Source of the DNA: Longimicrobiales bacterium
GTDB lineage: Bacteria; Gemmatimonadota; Gemmatimonadetes; Longimicrobiales; Gaopeijiaceae
NCBI GenBank assembly: GCA_963666095.2
Contig: OY762557.1
Span: forward strand, 333,567-397,566
Direction: 5' to 3'
Length of the DNA: 64,000 bases
A program made the position numbers and the translations under genes. Shown piece by piece: positions 8,860 through 17,990 of the stretch (position 1 is the first letter of the stretch; the number at the start of each line of letters is the position of its first letter). The notes beneath the pieces were generated by a model. It was not told the DNA's origin. It worked only from the letters and a program-made list of their open reading frames with translations, and did not search any database.

Positions 8860-9300
8860 ATGACAGGACAGGGCGGAAGGCGGATCAGGGTCACCATGCG
8901 GTGGCTGCAGATTCTGGACAACCTGGAACCCTTCTTCAAGGAGAAGGGCGAGTTCGTATTCTGGGCGAAGGTCGCCACCGACAACCACGGCGGTCAGGTC
9001 CAGGAGACGCGGATGCCGTCCAAGGGGCACTACTCCATATCGGACCGCCCGCGCTGGAACCGGCTCAAGGACCTGGACAAGGTGCTCTTCGAGGGCGAGG
9101 TGACCGACCACCTGTCGATCGAGCTTCGCGGCGAGGAGCTGGACAAGTTCAGCGCGAACGACCAGCTGGACAGATACCAACGCACCTTCACGGGACCGAT
9201 CGAGGACCACATCGCCGTCATCCAGCCCGGCGACGAGGGCTCCGACGATCCGGAGAACATGTCCAACTGGCGGATCGGCTACGAGATCGAAGCCGTCTGA
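8860..9300 (+). CDS. hypothetical protein (no family recognised)
   Basis: Part of ORF 8797..9300. ATG 8860 lies 10 nt after AAGGAG (8844-8849). Composition is balanced (MTGQGGRRIRVTMRWLQILDNLEPFFKEKGEFVFWAKV...) and GC is visibly lower than in the neighbouring genes. Confidence 0.65.
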   Translation: MTGQGGRRIRVTMRWLQILDNLEPFFKEKGEFVFWAKVATDNHGGQVQETRMPSKGHYSISDRPRWNRLKDLDKVLFEGEVTDHLSIELRGEELDKFSANDQLDRYQRTFTGPIEDHIAVIQPGDEGSDDPENMSNWRIGYEIEAV

Positions 9301-9322
9301 AGGACGCGGGCCCCGCGGCCGG

Positions 9323-9437
9323 CGCGACCTGACATGCCCGCGGGAGAGGCGGTCGAGATCCCCGATCCGGCGGCCAGGGACGCCCCCCGCCTCGCCTCGC
9401 GACCTGACATGCGCGTAGGAGAGCCGGTCGGGACCCC
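9323..9437. repeat. imperfect ~41-bp direct repeat (two copies, 75-bp period) in a convergent intergenic region
   Basis: Copy 1 (9323-9363) is cgcgacctgacatgcccgcgggagaggcggtcgagatcccc. Copy 2 (9398-9437) is cgcgacctgacatgcgcgtaggagagccggtcgggacccc. About 35 of 41 positions are identical. Confidence 0.7.
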
Positions 9438-9443
9438 CCCGGC

Positions 9444-9854
9444 TCAGGCCAGCGACGCCGCCACGCGCCGGATCTTCTCGACCATCGAGTAGAAGCCGTT
9501 GCGCCGGTTGGGGCTGAGCGCCTCCCCCAGCCTCAGCCGCTCGAAGATGTCCGACAGGTCCACCGCCAGCGCCTCGTCCGGGGGCTTCCCGTTGTAGATC
9601 CCGGCCAGGATCGCGAAGAGCCCCTTCACGATGATGGACTCGGAGTCTCCCACGAAGCGCAGCACCGCCGGATCCCCGCCCTCCAGTCCCCCGGCGAGCC
9701 AGGCCGGGCTCATGCACCCGCGCACCTGGTTCTCCTCCGTCTTCAGCTCCTCCGGCATGGGCGGGAGGCGCCGCCCCAGCTGGATGACGTAGTGGTAGCG
9801 CAGCGTCCTGTCGGCCAGGCTGTTCAGCCGCTTCTCCAGCTGTTCGACGGTCAT
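9444..9854 (-). CDS. sufE: cysteine desulfuration protein SufE
   Basis: ORF 9444..9854 has the SufE/CsdE signature around the persulfide cysteine (ENQVRGCMSPAWL) and is the typical ~136 aa. Confidence 0.85.
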   Translation of the reverse strand: MTVEQLEKRLNSLADRTLRYHYVIQLGRRLPPMPEELKTEENQVRGCMSPAWLAGGLEGGDPAVLRFVGDSESIIVKGLFAILAGIYNGKPPDEALAVDLSDIFERLRLGEALSPNRRNGFYSMVEKIRRVAASLA

Positions 9855-9902
9855 GCGGGGAGACCCCCTTGCGGGATGCCGAATGAAAACCGAAATTGAA
9901 TC

Positions 9903-11024
9903 ATGGGCATTCTACCTGTCAGGGGACGGACGGCCAGCCCGGCCGCGGGAAGGCCCCATGGGGGAGGCCAGCCCCCGATCAAGGGCCGCGGGGTACCTTA
10001 CGACCCTCCGAACCGTTTCGAAACGGTCCACGTCGAGATGGATCCCTGCAAGGGGGACGGGAAGGCGCCCCGCACCGAGTTTCTGGCGGACGCCACCCGC
10101 AGCATCATCGCCCGCAACGACAGTCCGGACCTGAGCTTCGGCGCCTCGCTGAACCCGTACCGGGGGTGCGAGCACGGCTGCGTGTACTGCTACGCGCGGC
10201 CCACGCACGAGTACCTCGGGTTCTCCTCCGGCCTGGACTTCGAGCGCAGGATCCTGGTCAAGCGCCGGGCGCCCCGGCTGCTGCGGCAGGCCCTGTCCTC
10301 GACTTCGTGGCGCCCCCGGGTCATCGCCATCTCGGGGGTGACCGACGCCTACCAGCCGGTCGAGCGGCGTCTGCGGCTCACCCGGGGCTGCCTGGCGGTG
10401 CTGCGCGACTTCAGGAACCCGGTCGCGATCGTCACCAAGAACCACCTCGTCACCCGGGACGCCGACATCCTTGCCGAGCTCGCGGAACACCACTGCGTCC
10501 ACGTCTGGATCTCGGTCACCACGCTCCGCAACGAGCTGCAGCGCGTCATGGAGCCGCGCACCTCCGTCCCCGGGCGCAGGCTGGCGGCCATCCGGCGCCT
10601 GTCCGAGGCTGGGGTCCCGGTGGGGGTGTTCGTGGCGCCGCTGATCCCCGGGCTCACCGACGAGGAGATGCCCTCGATCCTCAAGGCGTCGGCGCAGGCG
10701 GGGGCCCGCCACGCTTCCTTTCTGCTCCTCCGGCTCCCGCTGGGGGTGGCCGATCACTTCGCCGACTGGCTGGAGGCCCACTTCCCCGACCGCAAGGAGA
10801 AGGTGCTGGGCAGAATCCGGCAGGTGCGTGGCGGCAGGCTGAACAGCGGCGAGTTCCACAGGCGGTTCCGCGGCGAGGGCGAGTACGCGGACCAGCTCGA
10901 GGGTCTGTTCCGGGCCGCGGCCCGACGGGCGGGGCTGGACGGGGATCCGCCGCCGCTGTCGACCGCGGGATTCAGGCGGGACGGGGGTGTTCAGGCGGAC
11001 CTGTTCCGCGCTACATGCGGCTGA
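9903..11024 (+). CDS. PA0069-family radical SAM protein
   Basis: ORF 9903..11024 has KGRGVPYDPPNRF near the N-terminus and the CEHGCVYC (CxxxCxxC) cluster motif. Confidence 0.85.
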   Translation: MGILPVRGRTASPAAGRPHGGGQPPIKGRGVPYDPPNRFETVHVEMDPCKGDGKAPRTEFLADATRSIIARNDSPDLSFGASLNPYRGCEHGCVYCYARPTHEYLGFSSGLDFERRILVKRRAPRLLRQALSSTSWRPRVIAISGVTDAYQPVERRLRLTRGCLAVLRDFRNPVAIVTKNHLVTRDADILAELAEHHCVHVWISVTTLRNELQRVMEPRTSVPGRRLAAIRRLSEAGVPVGVFVAPLIPGLTDEEMPSILKASAQAGARHASFLLLRLPLGVADHFADWLEAHFPDRKEKVLGRIRQVRGGRLNSGEFHRRFRGEGEYADQLEGLFRAAARRAGLDGDPPPLSTAGFRRDGGVQADLFRATCG

Positions 11025-11574
11025 GCATGTAGGCGTACGCCGCCAGCGCCTCCACCTGCTCGTCGGTCAGCGGCATTCCGGCGCGGGGCAGCATGGAGCC
11101 GAGGGCCTCGATCGGCTGAGCCACGCCCGTCTTGATCACCTCGACGATCGAGCCGTACTCGCCGTCCACGTTGAGCCAGACTTCGTCGGTGAGGTCGGGG
11201 GCGAGCGGCCCGCCCGTCGCGTCCTCCATGTGGCAGGTGTGGCAGATCCCGCCGCCGGAGAAGAGCTCCCGGCCCTCTTCGACCATGGCCACGGTCACGC
11301 CTTCGGGTAGAAGCGCGGGATCGATGTCCAGGGCGGCGGCCGCCGCCGCCTGGGTCTCTTCCGCCGCTCCGGCCTGGTCGTCGGGGGCGCCCGAACCGGA
11401 CGACCCGGCGTCGCTCCCGCCGCAGGCCGTCAACAGGGCCAGCGCCAGCGGAAGGGCCGCGGAGGCGGTTCGGACAGCTCGGGGGACCCGCAGCGCCGAT
11501 CCCGCACCTCGCCGCCCGCGGGGTCGCGGGGTCCTGTCTACGGCATCCCTGGTCGTGCTCGCCATTATCTTCAT
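11011..11574 (-). CDS. monohaem c-type cytochrome lipoprotein
   Basis: Last 187 codons of ORF 11011..13236 (MKIMASTTRD...). It has the lipobox LALALLTAC and the haem motif CHTCH with a distal Met (GSMLPRAGM). The rest of that ORF is shadow sequence. Confidence 0.8.
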   Translation of the reverse strand: MKIMASTTRDAVDRTPRPRGRRGAGSALRVPRAVRTASAALPLALALLTACGGSDAGSSGSGAPDDQAGAAEETQAAAAAALDIDPALLPEGVTVAMVEEGRELFSGGGICHTCHMEDATGGPLAPDLTDEVWLNVDGEYGSIVEVIKTGVAQPIEALGSMLPRAGMPLTDEQVEALAAYAYMLSRM

Positions 11575-11679
11575 TCCCGTGATGGATTCGCGCCCTCCTC
11601 CAGTCCACGGAAGCTCGCCATTGAAACCCGCAGCGGTCAACCACGGGCGGCCCGCCTCGCGGCCACCCCTTCCCAGCGA

Positions 11680-13200
11680 ATGACCTCGCGCGTCGCCAGG
11701 GTCGCCATCGTCGGCGCCGGACCGGCGGGGTTCTTCGCGGCGGAGGCGCTGCTGAAGGGCGAGGGTCCGGTCGCAATCGACCTCGTCAACCGGCTGCCCG
11801 CGCCGTACGGACTGGTGCGCGACGGGGTGGCGCCCGACCACCAGGCCATCAAGTCGGTGGCGCGCGTGTACGCGAAGATCCTGGCCCGGGACGAGGTCCG
11901 CTACTTCGGCAACGTCACCCTCGGCGAGGACGTCACGGTCGACGATCTCCGCGCCCGCTACGACCAGATCGTCTACGCGGTGGGGGCGCAGAGCGACCGC
12001 CGCCTGAACATTCCCGGCGAGGATCTCCGTGAGAGCCACGCCGCGTTCGACTTCGTGGCCTGGTACAACGCCCACCCGGACTTCCGCGACCGGCGCTTCG
12101 ACCTGGACTGCGAGCACGTGGTGGTGGTCGGCAACGGGAACGTCGCGATCGACGTGGCCCGGATCCTGGTGCACTCGCCCGACCGCCTGGCCACCACCGA
12201 CATCGCGGACCACGCGCTGGAGGCGCTGCGCGGCAGCCGCGTCCGGCGGGTGACCCTGCTGGGCCGCCGCGGGCCCGCGCAGGCCTCGTTCACCAACCCC
12301 GAGCTGCGCGAGTTCGGGCGGCTGCCGGGGGTGTGCGCGGAGGTGGACGGCGCGGAGCTGGAGCTCGATGCGGCCGGAGAGGCGGCGCTGGAGGGCAATG
12401 CGGTCAGGACGCGCAACATGGCGACGCTTCGGGGCTATGCGGAAACGGGGTGCGAGGGCGGCGAAAGGGTGGTGCGGTTCCGGTTCCTGGTCTCGCCGGT
12501 CGAGGTGGTGGGCGAGGGGGGGCGGGTGACGGGGGTGCGGATCGAGAGGAACCGCCTGGTGGCGGGGGAGGACGGGTACATGCGGGCCGTGGGGACGGGG
12601 GAGACGGAGGTGGTGCCGTGCGGGATGGTGATCCGGTCGGTGGGATACCGGGGGGCGCCGCTGCCGGGCGTGCCGTTCGACGAGCGGCGCGGGATCGTGC
12701 CGAACGAGGGGGGGCGGGTGGTGGGGGGGGGGCGCGCGGGGGGGGCGGTCGTCGGCGGTGCGGCGGTCGCGGGCAGTGCGGCGGTCGAGGTGGTGGAGGC
12801 GGGAGACGGGATGGGCGGCGGGGAGGTCGTGCCGGGCGAGTACGTGGTCGGGTGGGCGAAGCGGGGGCCGTCGGGGGTGATCGGGACGAACAAGGCGGAC
12901 GCGGCGGCGACGGTGGCGTTGATGCGCGAGGATCTGGAGGCGGGGGTGGTGGCGGGCGGCGAGGGCGGGACGGGCGGGGTGCGGGGCGGCGGCGGGGAGG
13001 GGCGGCGGGGAGCGGGCGGGCGGGCGCGCGGGGCGGGCGACCTGGCCGAACTGCTGCGGGAGAGGGGGGTGCGGTGGGTGGACGGGGAGGGGTGGGGGCG
13101 GCTGGACGCGCGCGAGACCGCGCGGGGGAAGGCCCAGGGGAGGCCGCGGGTCAAGTTCTGCACGGTCGCGGAGATGCTGGAGGCGGCGGGGATGGGGTAG
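11680..13200 (+). CDS. FprA/adrenodoxin-reductase-type ferredoxin-NADP+ reductase
   Basis: ORF 11680..13200 has VAIVGAGPAGFFAA (FAD) and VVVVGNGNVAIDVAR (NADP) motifs. It contains two Gly-rich inserts. Confidence 0.8.
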   Translation: MTSRVARVAIVGAGPAGFFAAEALLKGEGPVAIDLVNRLPAPYGLVRDGVAPDHQAIKSVARVYAKILARDEVRYFGNVTLGEDVTVDDLRARYDQIVYAVGAQSDRRLNIPGEDLRESHAAFDFVAWYNAHPDFRDRRFDLDCEHVVVVGNGNVAIDVARILVHSPDRLATTDIADHALEALRGSRVRRVTLLGRRGPAQASFTNPELREFGRLPGVCAEVDGAELELDAAGEAALEGNAVRTRNMATLRGYAETGCEGGERVVRFRFLVSPVEVVGEGGRVTGVRIERNRLVAGEDGYMRAVGTGETEVVPCGMVIRSVGYRGAPLPGVPFDERRGIVPNEGGRVVGGGRAGGAVVGGAAVAGSAAVEVVEAGDGMGGGEVVPGEYVVGWAKRGPSGVIGTNKADAAATVALMREDLEAGVVAGGEGGTGGVRGGGGEGRRGAGGRARGAGDLAELLRERGVRWVDGEGWGRLDARETARGKAQGRPRVKFCTVAEMLEAAGMG

Positions 13201-13245
13201 GGACAGTCGGGAGAATACCGGAGCACCCATCGACAATACGCCCCC

Positions 13246-15582
13246 TCACCCCCCCGCCAGCCGCCACACCTGCGCCACCAGGAAGCACACCACGAACCCC
13301 ATCACGAGCGGCAGCAGCGCGGACAGCGTCGTCCACCTTCCGCTCCCCGTCTCCTTGTAGATCGTGTAGATCGTGGTGGAGCACGGATTGTGGAGCAGGC
13401 TGAACAGCATGAGGTTCACGCCCGTCAGCAACTCCCAGCCCCCGGCGGCGAGGAGCCCCTCCACCTCCCCCGCCGAGCCCCGCTCGAACATGACGCCCGC
13501 CCCCTCGCCCAGCGACGGGTCGCCCAGCGCGACCACGGTCAGCATCAGCACGGTCGGGATCACGATCTCGTTGGCGGGGATCGCGATCACGTACGCGAGC
13601 AGGATCACCCCGTTCAGCCCCAGCAGGATTCCGAACGGGTCGAGCAGGCCGATCCCGTGCTCGGCCAGCGACGCGCCGCCCACCGAGATGTTCGAGAGCA
13701 GCCAGATGACCGCGCCGGCGGGGACCGCGAAGAGGACCGCACGCCAGAGGATGATCAGGGTGCGGTCGATGACCGAGGTGTAGAGGGTCTGCAGGACGCG
13801 CGGGGGGCGGTATGGGGGGAGCTCCAGCGAGAAGGTGGTGGCCTCGCCCTTCAGCACCGTGCGGGAGAGCCCCCACGAGGTGATGAACATGAAGACGATG
13901 CCCAGCAGCGCGATCCCGACGACGGCCCCGGCCGCGACCGCGCCCGCGAGGTGGGGCGGCGCCAGCGCGCCGATGAAGATGGTCGCGATCAGGATCTGGG
14001 TGGGCCAGCGCCCGTTGCACAGCGAGAAGTTGTTCGTGATGACCGCGATGAGGCGCTCCCTGGGACTGTCGATCACGCGCGTGGCGACCACCCCGGCGGC
14101 GTTGCAGCCGAATCCCATGCTCATGGTGAGCGCCTGCTTGCCGTGCGCGCCCGCCCGACGGAAGAGCGAATCCAGGTTGAAGGCGACGCGCGGCAGGTAG
14201 CCAAAGTCTTCGAGCAGGGTGAAGAGGGGGAAGAAGATGGCCATGGGGGGAAGCATGACGCTCACCACCCAGGCGGTCGCGAGGTAGACGCCGTCGAAGA
14301 GGAAGCCGCTGAGCCACCAGGGCATTCGCGCCCACTCGCCGAAGGTGCCCAGGGCGGGGTGCACGTTGTCCAGCAGAAGGGTCGCCAGCATCGCCGACGG
14401 CACGTTGGCGCCCGAGATGGTGAGCCAGAACACGACCGCGAGGACGCCCAGCATGAGGGGGAAGCCGAAGACGCGGCTGGTCAGCCAGCGGTCGAGCCTG
14501 CGGTCCCATTCCGGGCCCGCCTTCCCGATGCCCGTGAGCACGCACCTGTCCGCGATCCGCGTCGCCTCGCGGTGGAGGTTCTCGGCCAGGGCGTCGTGGA
14601 AGCCGGGCCTCAGCTTCCAGCGATGACGGGTCGCCGCCCGTAGTATGCGGGCGCGGCCCCGGGGGGCCGTGGAGAGAACCGCCCGCGGAGTCCCGGGGCC
14701 GTCGTCGAGGGTACGTGGCGAACCGCCCGCTCGACCGGCCGCCTCGCCGACCCCCTCTCCTCCCACCGCCTTCCGCCCCGCCCCGCCCGGCCCGGGGGCG
14801 CCGTTGCCGCCCAGCTGCCCGATCTCGCCCGTGCGCACGGCCTCGGTCACCCGCTCGTCGGCGTTGAGCAGCCTGAGCGCCACCCAGCGCGCGTTGGGCA
14901 GCTCCGGGAACTCGTCGGCCACCAGCGGGGCGATGGCGTCCACCGCCTCCTCGACCGCCGCGGGGTGCGATTCGATGCGGTGCGGACGGGTCCTCCGCAC
15001 CCCCGTGGCCACCTCGACGGCCGCCCCGAGCAGCGCGTCGATCCCCTCCCTGCGGCGCGCCACGGCCGGGACCACCGGCACCCCCAGCTCGCGCTCCAGC
15101 CGCCTCGCGTCCACCGAGACGCCGTGCCGCCGGGCCTCGTCGACCAGGTTGAGGCAGACGACCACCCGGTCGGTGATCTCCAGGATCTGGAGCACGAGGT
15201 TGAGGTTGCGCTCCAGGCGGGTCGCGTCCACCACCACGACCGTCACGTCCGGCTGCCCGAAGAGGATGAAGTCGCGCGCGACCTCCTCGTCGGCGCTCCC
15301 GGCGTGCAGCGAGTAGGTGCCGGGCAGGTCGACCACCTTGACGCGGCGGCCGTCGTGCAGGAACGCGCCCTCGGCCCGGGCGACGGTCTTGCCGGGCCAG
15401 TTGCCCGTGTGCTGGCGGAGACCGGTCAGGGCATTGAAGACGGTGGTCTTGCCGACGTTGGGATTGCCGGCCAGCGCGACCAGGTGGTCCCAGCGGTGCG
15501 GGCTCAGGCCCAGGCGGACCAGGTTGCTCGCGCGCTGCGGGGAGCGCGACGCGTGGGCGGCGGCGGGAGCGCCGGGGCTCAC
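13246..15582 (-). CDS. feoB: ferrous iron transporter FeoB
   Basis: Tail of ORF 13246..16269. It has the G-domain [16 protein letters not shown] and DLPGTYSL, followed by a polytopic membrane domain. GTG 15582 overlaps the TGA of the upstream gene (GTGA). Confidence 0.85.
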   Translation of the reverse strand: MSPGAPAAAHASRSPQRASNLVRLGLSPHRWDHLVALAGNPNVGKTTVFNALTGLRQHTGNWPGKTVARAEGAFLHDGRRVKVVDLPGTYSLHAGSADEEVARDFILFGQPDVTVVVVDATRLERNLNLVLQILEITDRVVVCLNLVDEARRHGVSVDARRLERELGVPVVPAVARRREGIDALLGAAVEVATGVRRTRPHRIESHPAAVEEAVDAIAPLVADEFPELPNARWVALRLLNADERVTEAVRTGEIGQLGGNGAPGPGGAGRKAVGGEGVGEAAGRAGGSPRTLDDGPGTPRAVLSTAPRGRARILRAATRHRWKLRPGFHDALAENLHREATRIADRCVLTGIGKAGPEWDRRLDRWLTSRVFGFPLMLGVLAVVFWLTISGANVPSAMLATLLLDNVHPALGTFGEWARMPWWLSGFLFDGVYLATAWVVSVMLPPMAIFFPLFTLLEDFGYLPRVAFNLDSLFRRAGAHGKQALTMSMGFGCNAAGVVATRVIDSPRERLIAVITNNFSLCNGRWPTQILIATIFIGALAPPHLAGAVAAGAVVGIALLGIVFMFITSWGLSRTVLKGEATTFSLELPPYRPPRVLQTLYTSVIDRTLIILWRAVLFAVPAGAVIWLLSNISVGGASLAEHGIGLLDPFGILLGLNGVILLAYVIAIPANEIVIPTVLMLTVVALGDPSLGEGAGVMFERGSAGEVEGLLAAGGWELLTGVNLMLFSLLHNPCSTTIYTIYKETGSGRWTTLSALLPLVMGFVVCFLVAQVWRLAGG

Positions 15583-16616
15583 GACGCCTTCCTTTCGGCC
15601 CCGTCGACGATGTCCACCCTGATGTGTGCGGCCTGCTCGCGGCGAAGGGCGACCAGCGCGCCGCGGATGTCGTAGGCGACCGGATCGCCGGCCGCGCTGC
15701 GCATGCGGGCGTGGATCGTCGTTCCCGGCACCACGCCGAGATCCAGGAGGCGGCGGCGCGCGGGGCCGCGGCACGCCGGCGCGATCCCCGCCACCGTCGC
15801 CGAGTCCCCCGGCCGGACTTCGGCCAGCGTCCGCGTCGCACCGGCCTCGACCGCCTCCGCGGAGGGCTCCACAGTCACGTTGCGGGCCAGCGCGCTGGAG
15901 ATCTCGTAGCGTTCCTCGCCGCTCCGGAAGCGCACCCGGCCCGCGTCTCCGTCCAGCCGCTCCACAGGCGTCATGAGCCCCAGACCGAGGCCCACGAGCT
16001 CGCGGTAGATCTCTTCGGGTTCGTCTTCGAGGTGGGTGATCACGGCGCGCTCGCCGGGTTCGAGCGACGAGAGCGGCACGCCGGCGCGGGCGGGCATCTC
16101 GCCCTCGGCGGTCGGGATGGGGTCGCCGTGGGGATCGTAGACCGGGTGGCCCAGCGCGGCGGCCAGATCGTCCGCGTCCGCGGCCGACAGGAGGTGCTCG
16201 CGCGTCTCGGCCTGACCGTGCCAGTCCTCGGGGGGCGTGGCGGTGCGGTCGGCCAGGAAGCGCTCCCACAGCCGGTGCGTGCGCACGATGTGCAGGGCCT
16301 GGGCGCGGCCGGAATCGGTGAGGCGGAACCGGACGCCGTCCCCCGACACGAGCCTCCTCTCCTCCAGTCGCTGCAGCAGCCGGATGGCCTGGGCCCGCGA
16401 GACCTGGACGCCGCCGGCCACGCTGTCCGCGGTGGCGGGCAGGCGGTCGTATTCCAGCTTGTAGAGCTGCTTTAGCACGTCCTCCATGCGGACGCGTTCG
16501 GTGACGCGGGCGATTCGGCGCAGCCGGGGGGCGATTCCGCCGCCGGGCCAGAACACGGCCGCGCAGAGGGCCGCGAGCGCGAAGAAGACCAGCAGCGCGA
16601 AGGCGGGGTCGGGCAT
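15579..16616 (-). CDS. DtxR/MntR-family metalloregulator fused to two FeoA domains, with an N-terminal hydrophobic helix
   Basis: ORF 15579..16616. N-terminal [19 protein letters not shown] is followed by a DtxR-like HTH and dimerisation region (HRLWERFL...[12 protein letters not shown]). Two FeoA/SH3-like segments follow ([12 protein letters not shown]...; [12 protein letters not shown]...GVVPGTTI...). Confidence 0.8.
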   Translation of the reverse strand: MPDPAFALLVFFALAALCAAVFWPGGGIAPRLRRIARVTERVRMEDVLKQLYKLEYDRLPATADSVAGGVQVSRAQAIRLLQRLEERRLVSGDGVRFRLTDSGRAQALHIVRTHRLWERFLADRTATPPEDWHGQAETREHLLSAADADDLAAALGHPVYDPHGDPIPTAEGEMPARAGVPLSSLEPGERAVITHLEDEPEEIYRELVGLGLGLMTPVERLDGDAGRVRFRSGEERYEISSALARNVTVEPSAEAVEAGATRTLAEVRPGDSATVAGIAPACRGPARRRLLDLGVVPGTTIHARMRSAAGDPVAYDIRGALVALRREQAAHIRVDIVDGAERKAS

Positions 16617-16673
16617 TGGCGGGCCTCTCGAAGGGGTGGCCGGGGAGGGTGGGTTCCAGCTTGCTTCGCCAGA

Positions 16674-16702
16674 AGTTTAGGCAAGCCTAAAAATCCTGGC
16701 AA
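16674..16702 (-). promoter_or_regulatory. sigma70-like promoter (TTGCCA-N17-TAAACT) overlapping the palindrome TTTAGGC-AA-GCCTAAA
   Basis: The minus strand reads TTGCCA (16702-16697), a 17-nt spacer, then TAAACT (16679-16674). The perfect inverted repeat tttaggcaagcctaaa lies at 16676-16691, about 60 nt upstream of the DtxR-FeoA start at 16616. Its TTAGG/CCTAA half-sites resemble DtxR/IdeR boxes. Confidence 0.5.
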
Positions 16703-16721
16703 GTCTGTGCGGCCGGACCAG

Positions 16722-17990
16722 CTACCTGTTCAGCCGGTACATCCGCACGTACTGGACGCCCAGCTCGTCCCTCCACACGCCGAGCACGTGGTCGTCCCCG
16801 ATCTCCATGTACGGGGCCTGGTACTGGACGAAGCCCCGCTCCAGCCCCGGCGGCAGCGCGACCGTACCCAGCCAGGTGCCGTCCGGGGCGAAGACCTCGA
16901 AGGGCGGAGGCTCGGCGCCGGCGATGTAGTACGGCGCCAGCCAGATGTTTCCGCCCGCGTCCACGTGCACGGAGCGCAGCACCGGGAGCGTCGGGGCCCT
17001 GGGGTATTCACGCCACATCCGCCTGACGAACTCGACCTGTTCCGCCGGTGCGCCGGCGCCGGCCACCATCCCCACGATGCCCTCGAGGTGAGCCTCGTAA
17101 ATGGCATCCGTCGCTTCAGGGGGCTCCACTTCCCTTCGGATGATTCGCTCGATCGACCCGTCCAGGGATGAGACAAGGCGCACCCGCCAGGCCTCGGTGT
17201 CGATGACGGCGACGGGTCCCGCCGCGGCCCCGACCACGGGCATGTTGCCGAACACGTAGAGGTCTTCGGAGAGCCTGCCGTCGTCGCGTCGCACCAACTC
17301 GACCTCCTCCCCGCCGACCACGACGAGCGACGCGGCGGAGCCGTCCCTCAGGTCGAGCGCCACCAGGCGATAGTCGACCCACCGCACCATGCCCGTGGTC
17401 GCTCGCCCGGGCAATTCGGCGAAACGGACGATAAGGCGGCCGTCCACGACGCCGACCGCGCGGTCCGGCGCAGACCCGCCGGGCGCGGCGACGTCGCTCG
17501 GAAGCTCGGCCCGAAGGGTGCGCGCCGGCCGCCCGTCCGGGTCGAAGACCTGGATTCGCATGAGCACCCAGTCGTAGGTCATCAGCGAATCGCCGGGCAT
17601 GGCGGCCACGAAGTCGAGGCTCTCGAACTCGCCCGGGCCCTCCCCTTCCCTGCCGGCGCCCCACAGGAAGGTCCCCTCGGCGTCGTACCGCCGCAGCTCG
17701 GCAGCGCCCTGGTCCGCGACCACGATGCCGCCGTCGCTCATGCGCGCCGCGGCGACGACGTTGGCGAACTGGTATTCCGGCGGGCCGTCGACGGCTCCGA
17801 TCTCGACGACCGGCTCCTCGTCCACGGTCCAGCCTTCGCCGGGGCCCCAGATCGGGGTCACGGCGGTGGCGATCTCGATGCCGGCCGAGTCGGTGTGCAC
17901 GGTGTGCACGACGTCGGGGGCGGATTCGCAGGCGGCGGCTGCGACGAGGACCCACGTCGCGGCCGCGCCGGCCGTTCGGGAGCGCCTCAC
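16722..17990 (-). CDS. 6-bladed beta-propeller family lipoprotein (paralogue 1)
   Basis: Tail of ORF 16722..20360. GTG 17990 overlaps the upstream TGA. It has the signal/lipobox WVLVAAAAC, the motif GREGEGPGEF and the C-terminus HVLGVWRDELGVQYVRMYRLNR. Confidence 0.75.
   Translation of the reverse strand: MRRSRTAGAAATWVLVAAAACESAPDVVHTVHTDSAGIEIATAVTPIWGPGEGWTVDEEPVVEIGAVDGPPEYQFANVVAAARMSDGGIVVADQGAAELRRYDAEGTFLWGAGREGEGPGEFESLDFVAAMPGDSLMTYDWVLMRIQVFDPDGRPARTLRAELPSDVAAPGGSAPDRAVGVVDGRLIVRFAELPGRATTGMVRWVDYRLVALDLRDGSAASLVVVGGEEVELVRRDDGRLSEDLYVFGNMPVVGAAAGPVAVIDTEAWRVRLVSSLDGSIERIIRREVEPPEATDAIYEAHLEGIVGMVAGAGAPAEQVEFVRRMWREYPRAPTLPVLRSVHVDAGGNIWLAPYYIAGAEPPPFEVFAPDGTWLGTVALPPGLERGFVQYQAPYMEIGDDHVLGVWRDELGVQYVRMYRLNR

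Noticed and set aside
13151-15841. The 896-aa minus-strand ORF and the plus-strand ORF 13390..14643 overlapping feoB.
   Set aside because: They are alternative frames or antisense of a gene with clear FeoB motifs, and their composition is R/G/P junk.
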